Of a stretch of DNA of 11,863 nt, positions 7,905 through 11,863 are shown piece by piece. Both the position numbers and the translations under genes were made by a program. Positions within the stretch are counted from its first letter, which is position 1. Every line of letters begins with the position of its first letter. The DNA is taken from the IMG/VR virus record IMGVR_UViG_2693429779_000014, positions 1-11,863 of that record; one strand, 5' to 3'. This stretch comes from a virus. Its lineage: Duplodnaviria > Heunggongvirae > Uroviricota > Caudoviricetes. The notes under the pieces were generated by a model, which ran no database searches, was not told the origin of the DNA, and worked only from the letters and a program-made list of their open reading frames with translations.

Positions 7905-8969
7905 TCACCCCCTGAATCCCGGCGGAATTTCGGTATCCGGTTCAGAAATATGATTCACACAACGCTGGTTGTTCGTGCCGCTTACCGGGAGCAACCAGGG
8001 GTTTTCAAAATTCCGGTCCGGCCCAAAAAACGTCGTCGCTCGCTGAACAAATTCCGTTCCCGCTTTCCCGGTCGCCGCCAGGTATCTCGCGTAACGCCTC
8101 ACACCATCCAGCATGGTCTCTGGTGGCACCCCCTCGCGCAATCTGGCCTTCCAGGCACTGAATGCGGATTTCTTCGGGTTTGCCCCGGCACGCAACGGGT
8201 ATTCCCGCCAGACCTGTTCGAACACATCCGGATAATCCACTCGTCCCACAGGCTGCCCGGTGTTTTCCGGGGCTACCCGATCGGCTTCCCGCTGAATGGC
8301 GGAATCGGCTTCAGGCTGCTGCAGTTGGAGTGATTGCTCCGGCCTTGCGGTCATCACCTGCTGCACAGCGCCCGAATCGGCTTTCAGCGCATACGCTGAA
8401 TCGGCTTCCGGTGTCGAGCCTGCTGGCTGACCAGGATTGACGGTCTGAACATCCCCTGCCTGGTTCGTGGCGTTTTTTACGCCATGGACCATAGTGTTTT
8501 GATCTTCTTTATCTGTATCTTTATCTGTATCTGTCGTGACTCGTCGTGACATGTGCGTGACATTTCGTGACGCGCCGTGACAATCGCCATTTTGTTCCCG
8601 CTTTCTTTCCCTCTCTCGCTGCGCCCTCTTGCGCTCTGCAGGAGATTTTGCGGTTTGCGAAATATTGCCGTTGTCCTCTTTAAGCACCTGGCGTTTTTCC
8701 CATCCAGTGATTAAATCACCATCAAGTACCCGCCCCTGCATCGTCTGCAAAATTGAATCAATTACCTCTTCTGTCACGTCGAGCGCACTTGCCAAATCTT
8801 CTGTCGTGACATCAATGTGACCTCGCGTGACATTTCGTGACGCGCTCACCAGGAGGTGGATATACACTGCCATCACTGTTGCAATTGGCTGCCCTGACAC
8901 CCTGGCAATTGTTCGCCACTTAGGGTCATTTGGCATGTCATGCCATAATCTGAGCCAGGCGTTAGCCAT
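7905..8969 (-). CDS. Phage replication initiator-like protein (YdaU-like N-terminal domain, low-complexity linker, DnaT-like C-terminal domain)
   Basis: The track starts at GTG 8975; the ATG at 8969 (MANAWLRLWHDMPNDPKW...) has GAGG 5 nt upstream. The C-terminus ...SEPDTEIPPGFRG matches the end of E. coli primosomal protein DnaT as I recall it. The gene body contains the iteron clusters listed below, and a DnaC-like gene follows immediately. Confidence 0.75.
   Translation of the reverse strand: MANAWLRLWHDMPNDPKWRTIARVSGQPIATVMAVYIHLLVSASRNVTRGHIDVTTEDLASALDVTEEVIDSILQTMQGRVLDGDLITGWEKRQVLKEDNGNISQTAKSPAERKRAQRERERKREQNGDCHGASRNVTHMSRRVTTDTDKDTDKEDQNTMVHGVKNATNQAGDVQTVNPGQPAGSTPEADSAYALKADSGAVQQVMTARPEQSLQLQQPEADSAIQREADRVAPENTGQPVGRVDYPDVFEQVWREYPLRAGANPKKSAFSAWKARLREGVPPETMLDGVRRYARYLAATGKAGTEFVQRATTFFGPDRNFENPWLLPVSGTNNQRCVNHISEPDTEIPPGFRG
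8535..8581. repeat. Iteron cluster 2: five direct CGTGAC repeats at 10-11 bp phasing, preceded by the tandem repeat TTTATCTGTATC x2 (8508-8531)
   Basis: CGTGAC begins at 8535, 8545, 8556, 8566 and 8576, all in the same orientation. The cluster is inside the initiator's linker-coding region. Confidence 0.55.
8805..8845. repeat. Iteron cluster 1: four direct (C/T)GTGAC repeats at 10-11 bp phasing, plus one inverted copy (GTCACG, 8773-8778)
   Basis: The repeats begin at 8805, 8816, 8826 and 8836. The 21-mer GCGTGACATTTCGTGACGCGC is exactly repeated at 8825-8845 and 8555-8575. Confidence 0.5.
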
Positions 8970-9040
8970 ACTCACCTCTTCTGATACCGAATCTTTTTAC
9001 TCACGAGTTGCCGGGAGCGATTCGATATGGCTATTGTCAG

Positions 9041-9466
9041 TCAATGTACTGCCACAGCATTTCCTGCCGGGCCACCACGGTTCATCTGATTGAAACCGGC
9101 GATTGCCACTGCGACAAAATCATCAGCGTCTCTCACCAGTCGTTCATGCGTCTCCACCAGTTCCCGAAAATAAGCTGAACTGTGGCTGCGCATTCGAGCC
9201 ACCAGCGGAGGTGGCATTGCCCTTTCGATCGCAGGTAACAACGCCTGAATTTTTTCAACAGCGTCAGGGGTGTCTTTATCCAGCCAACGGAAAATCTTTT
9301 GGGTGTTGAGATAAAGCGTGTTGTGCTTGCTGTCGTTATGCAGAACCGGAAACGTCATTCCCAGTTCGAAATAAACCCTGGTTATTTCAGCTGCCGGAAC
9401 TTTTTCACCGTCCGGATGCGCCCAGGCTTTCATCGCCATGCGGATGTGTTCATGCTTGATTTTCAT
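9041..9466 (-). CDS. YdaT-like protein (occupies the CII position after the Cro-like gene)
   Basis: 141 aa starting MKIKHEHI.... Its ATG overlaps the TGA of the upstream Cro-like gene (ATGA at 9463-9466). The position and order match the ydaS-ydaT-ydaU-ydaV arrangement of Rac-type prophages as I recall it. Confidence 0.55.
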   Translation of the reverse strand: MKIKHEHIRMAMKAWAHPDGEKVPAAEITRVYFELGMTFPVLHNDSKHNTLYLNTQKIFRWLDKDTPDAVEKIQALLPAIERAMPPPLVARMRSHSSAYFRELVETHERLVRDADDFVAVAIAGFNQMNRGGPAGNAVAVH

Positions 9467-9726
9467 GAATCAACCCCCGCCGATGGTTGTGTGTTAGCCT
9501 GAAACTCAGCAGGCAAGCCGTCAGTTGGGTTGGGGTAGGTTTTACTGTCAATCTCATGTGGGGTCACCACCCATCCCGTTGCTTCACACCAACGTAATAT
9601 TTTTTCTCCTGTAAGTTTTGCACGCCCCGTTATAACGTGGCTGACCATCCCTTGGGATGCGCCAACAATCTCAGCAAATGAACTCTGGGTTATATGAAAA
9701 TGATGCAAATATTCTCCAAGATTCAT
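9463..9726 (-). CDS. Cro-like / YdaS-like small HTH regulator
   Basis: The track starts at 9753 (TTG). The ATG at 9726 (MNLGEYLHHFHITQSSFAEIVGASQGMVSHVITG...) has GGGCGGA upstream. It shows an HTH pattern (SQ..A...G.SQ..VS) and is divergent from the repressor gene. Confidence 0.7.
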   Translation of the reverse strand: MNLGEYLHHFHITQSSFAEIVGASQGMVSHVITGRAKLTGEKILRWCEATGWVVTPHEIDSKTYPNPTDGLPAEFQANTQPSAGVDS

Positions 9727-9762
9727 AATCCGCCCTATGTGATGTGTTACCAATGCATAATT

Positions 9763-9825
9763 AATAGCACTGTTATTTTTAAAAGTAAATAGTGATGCTA
9801 TTTCAAAGTGATTAGCAATCTTATT
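9763..9825. promoter_or_regulatory. OR-like region: three operator-like 15-bp sites with divergent promoters
   Basis: Sites AATAGCACTGTTATT (9763-9777), AATAGTGATGCTATT (9788-9802) and a weaker ATTAGCAATCTTATT (9811-9825), spaced 24-25 bp. Rightward promoter candidates: -35 TTTCAA (9801-9806) and -10 TAGAAT (9825-9830). Leftward candidates: -35 TTTACT (complement of 9784-9789) and -10 TATTAA (complement of 9761-9766). Confidence 0.5.
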
Positions 9826-9837
9826 AGAATTGGATGT

Positions 9838-10338
9838 ATGAAAAGAAAATCATTGTCAGACACCGACCTCAACGCCGCCAGAAGACTGAAAGAAATCTGG
9901 ATGGCAAAGAAATCTCAGTTGGGATTGACTCAGGAACGTGCGGCGGAAATTATGGGGTTTTCAACACAAGGGGCGGTAAGTCACTACCTAAATGGTCAAA
10001 CCCCACTAAACCTTGAGGCTGTTCTAAAGTTTGCTGGCTTACTGAAAGTTCCCCCTGAGTCAATCAGGCCAGACATGGTAGATTTGCTGCAAATTGCAAG
10101 GATGTATTGTCGAGAACCACAGCAAGATAACATAGTCGCATTACCAGCAGACACAGAACAAACAGAGGATGAACTACCGTTTGCCGTAGAGCCGATGGAA
10201 CGAGATTTAATCCATACGTTCAGAGCTTTTCCGAAAGAAGATCAAGAACACATGCTTCAGGAGATGAAAGATAAAAAAGAATCAATGGATCGTACGGTTG
10301 CGCGGTGGTTAGCTGCACAAAAAGGCCGTCGCGCCTAA
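9838..10338 (+). CDS. cI/PaaR-like HTH (XRE-family) repressor; candidate prophage immunity repressor and regulator of the downstream toxin-antitoxin pair
   Basis: The track starts at GTG 9808; the ATG at 9838 (MKRKSLSDTDLNAARRLKEIWMAKKSQLGLTQERAAEIMGFSTQGAVSHYLNG...) gives 166 aa. It has an N-terminal HTH (LTQERAAEIMGFSTQGAVSHY), is divergent from the Cro-like gene, and carries an acidic C-terminal region. Confidence 0.7.
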   Translation: MKRKSLSDTDLNAARRLKEIWMAKKSQLGLTQERAAEIMGFSTQGAVSHYLNGQTPLNLEAVLKFAGLLKVPPESIRPDMVDLLQIARMYCREPQQDNIVALPADTEQTEDELPFAVEPMERDLIHTFRAFPKEDQEHMLQEMKDKKESMDRTVARWLAAQKGRRA

Positions 10339-10357
10339 ATCAGAGGAGATATGTAAA

Positions 10358-10552
10358 ATGAGTACAGTCCTTTCCCCAATGGTTTCAGAATTTGAGACAG
10401 TTGAGCAAGAAAATAGTTACAACGAATGGCTGCGGGCCAAAGTAGCAGCAAGCCTCGCGGATCCCCGCCCGGCGATTCCGCATGATGAGGTAATGGCGGA
10501 AATGGAACAAATTATTGCCCAAATTGCTGCTGCAACTCACAGAGGTGAATAA
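10358..10552 (+). CDS. Small antitoxin, PaaA2-like (partner of the ParE-family toxin)
   Basis: 64 aa with GAGGAG 7 nt upstream. The stop overlaps the toxin start (TAATG at 10550-10554). The sequence ...SPMVSEFETVEQENSYNEWLRAKVA... resembles the PaaA2 antitoxin of E. coli O157 prophages as I recall it. Confidence 0.6.
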   Translation: MSTVLSPMVSEFETVEQENSYNEWLRAKVAASLADPRPAIPHDEVMAEMEQIIAQIAAATHRGE

Positions 10553-10842
10553 TGTTACCCGTTTTATGGCTACCATCTGCTCGTGATGATTTGCGCCAGA
10601 TCGTAGCCTACATAGCTAAAGAAAATCCCGCGGCAGCACGCAGAATGAAAATTCGAATTGAAACATCCGTTTTGCCGCTCACAGAGCATCCTTACCTGTA
10701 TCCTCCAAGCGAGCGAGTTCTTGGTCTTCGTGAAATTGTAACTCATCCTAACTACATCATCCTTTACCGAGTAACAGCATCAAGCATAGAAGTAGTAAAT
10801 ATTGTGCATTCTCGAAGACAGTATCCAGGCAAAAACAGTTAA
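10552..10842 (+). CDS. parE: ParE/RelE-superfamily toxin (ParE2-like)
   Basis: 96 aa with the characteristic pattern W.P.A..DL..I..YIA..NP.AA......I......L...P..G.......GLREIV.....I.LYRV......V..I.H.RR. Translationally coupled to the upstream antitoxin. Confidence 0.8.
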   Translation: MLPVLWLPSARDDLRQIVAYIAKENPAAARRMKIRIETSVLPLTEHPYLYPPSERVLGLREIVTHPNYIILYRVTASSIEVVNIVHSRRQYPGKNS

Positions 10843-10858
10843 TTATTCCCGCCGACAG

Positions 10859-10884
10859 AACCACCTTAGGGTGGTTTTTTCTTG
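10859..10884 (+). terminator. Intrinsic (Rho-independent) terminator of the repressor-antitoxin-toxin operon
   Basis: Stem AACCACC (10859-10865), loop TTAG, stem GGTGGTT (10870-10876), then a T-tract (10877-10880), 17 nt after the ParE stop. Confidence 0.7.
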
Positions 10885-10898
10885 CCCCAACAAAAAAC

Positions 10899-10940
10899 AA
10901 TAGCGATGCTATTTACATCAAAAAAAATAATGATGCTATT
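10899..10940. promoter_or_regulatory. OL-like region: two operator-like 15-bp sites with a candidate rightward promoter
   Basis: AATAGCGATGCTATT (10899-10913, a perfect AATAG-N5-CTATT palindrome) and AATAATGATGCTATT (10926-10940), spaced 27 bp. A -35-like TTTACA (10912-10917) overlaps the first site, as at the OR-like region; the -10 is not clear. Confidence 0.45.
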
Positions 10941-11121
10941 GTTTCAGGCGTCAACCCACCCCGCCCCACAGAATGCAGGGCAATACTTCGAGTTACCAGA
11001 CAGTGGTCAGGGGTTAAGTAGCCAGCCCGAGGCGTAAGAACATGACGGCAGGGTTCAATCTTTAACTATGCAGCAGGTTTTTTGTTCCGCCACCCCGGCG
11101 TTAAGGGGAAATGAGGTCAGC

Positions 11122-11274
11122 ATGGATACTATCGATCTTGGCAACAACGAATCTCTGGTGTGCGGCGTGTTCCCTAACCAGGATGGAACGTTTACCGCCA
11201 TGACGTATACCAAAAGCAAAACGTTTAAAACCGAATCTGGCGCGCGTTGCTGGTTAGCCAGAAACACTGACTGA
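11122..11274 (+). CDS. Hypothetical small protein (50 aa), first gene of the candidate early-left operon
   Basis: ATG at 11122 with GAGG 5 nt upstream (MDTIDLGNNESLVCGVFPNQDGTFTAMTYTKSKTFKTESGARCWLARNTD). The track's longer version (11068) lacks an SD. Confidence 0.4.
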   Translation: MDTIDLGNNESLVCGVFPNQDGTFTAMTYTKSKTFKTESGARCWLARNTD

Positions 11275-11285
11275 TGAGGCTGACG

Positions 11286-11651
11286 ATGGAATTTAAAGAT
11301 TTACCGTCTGATGTACAGAAAACAGCAGCTCATACATTGCATTCTGTGCTGCGAGAAATCGGGAAAGATATTGCAAGCGAGCCAGCAAAAGATCTGGCCC
11401 GGAAAATCAAGACCGCTTTCGTTGAGCTTTATAATGTTGGCACTGACTCTGAAACTGTCGAGACCAAGACCGTAAGTTCACCAATATTCTCACTTGAGCC
11501 AAGCGTATTATCAGGTGAAATATGCACCGAGATTTCCAGCGAACTGCTTCCGGTAATACGAGAAGCAATTCGCCGTCGCGGTTTGGATGGAAGTTATGAT
11601 CATGACGTTCTGCAAGTTCTCAGGACAATGGTGACTTCACTGGGGATTTGA
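11286..11651 (+). CDS. Hypothetical protein (121 aa)
   Basis: ATG at 11286 (MEFKDLPSDVQKTAAHTL...) with GAGG 6 nt upstream, 9 nt after the stop of the upstream small ORF. No family recognised. Confidence 0.5.
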   Translation: MEFKDLPSDVQKTAAHTLHSVLREIGKDIASEPAKDLARKIKTAFVELYNVGTDSETVETKTVSSPIFSLEPSVLSGEICTEISSELLPVIREAIRRRGLDGSYDHDVLQVLRTMVTSLGI

Positions 11652-11863
11652 TCCCTGCGTCCTCTAAGCTTTTGATATAGCGGTCCTCCAAGAAGCGGTA
11701 AATTTTGTCGAAATCATCTTTTCCCTCTGGTTTATTCAGAGGATTACAGGACCCGTAAGTAGCGGCATACATTTCAACCGTTTGGTAATGACTCCAACTT
11801 ATTGGTAGTGTTTTATGTTCAGATAATGCCCGATGACTTTGTCATGCAGCTCCACCGATTTTG

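Noticed and set aside
7464-8333. 289-aa plus-strand ORF in the six-frame track (and similar long plus-strand ORFs at 5041-5313, 5579-5935, 5665-6060, 6217-6516, 8162-8440)
   Set aside because: They lie antisense to well-supported minus-strand genes (DnaC-like, initiator, Ren-like), have no ribosome-binding sites, and give low-complexity Arg/Pro/Ser-rich translations; they are almost certainly shadow ORFs of the real genes.
8500-8850. Possible CRISPR array suggested by regularly spaced short repeats
   Set aside because: The repeat core is only 6 bp at 10-11 bp phasing with no spacer-sized unique segments, and it lies inside a protein-coding gene; this is iteron-like, not CRISPR-like.
9041-9753. 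Cro-like / YdaT-like pair as a toxin-antitoxin module
   Set aside because: The gene order, the divergent arrangement against the repressor across an operator-rich region, and the ATGA coupling fit Cro and CII-position regulators of the lysis-lysogeny switch. Nothing in the sequence supports a toxin call.
9808-9837. GTG at 9808 as the repressor start (six-frame track start)
   Set aside because: It would place the start upstream of the best promoter -10 and has no SD; the ATG at 9838 is preferred, though only experiment can settle it.
11621-11772. 50-codon minus-strand ORF overlapping the 3' end of the 121-aa gene
   Set aside because: No ribosome-binding site, below a reasonable length threshold, and antisense overlap with a better-supported gene.

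Overview
This 11.9-kb window reads as an internal segment of an enterobacterial lambdoid (Rac/CP-933P-like) prophage, with most genes on the minus strand. From right to left it contains: (i) an immunity switch, where a cI/PaaR-like HTH repressor (+) is divergent from a Cro-like gene and a YdaT-like gene in the CII position (-), with a family of 15-bp palindromic operator-like sites on both sides of the repressor block; (ii) a ParE-type toxin with a small PaaA2-like antitoxin directly downstream of the repressor, followed by a clean intrinsic terminator; (iii) a replication module, made of an initiator-like protein with a DnaT-like C-terminus whose gene carries two clusters of helically phased CGTGAC iterons (candidate ori), plus a DnaC-like helicase loader; (iv) a hypothetical tandem winged-helix protein and a Ren-like gene; (v) a second, diverged and partial copy of the replication module; (vi) a 5'-truncated IS3-family insertion sequence with intact OrfB and an A7G frameshift run; (vii) a lower-GC cargo operon encoding a gamma-class N6-adenine DNA methyltransferase translationally coupled to an unassigned 360-aa partner. 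That last operon is the most likely place for a restriction-modification-like or undescribed defence function. No rRNA, tRNA or CRISPR array was recognised. All family names come from motifs read in the translations and from remembered family signatures; no database search was possible, so they are hypotheses.
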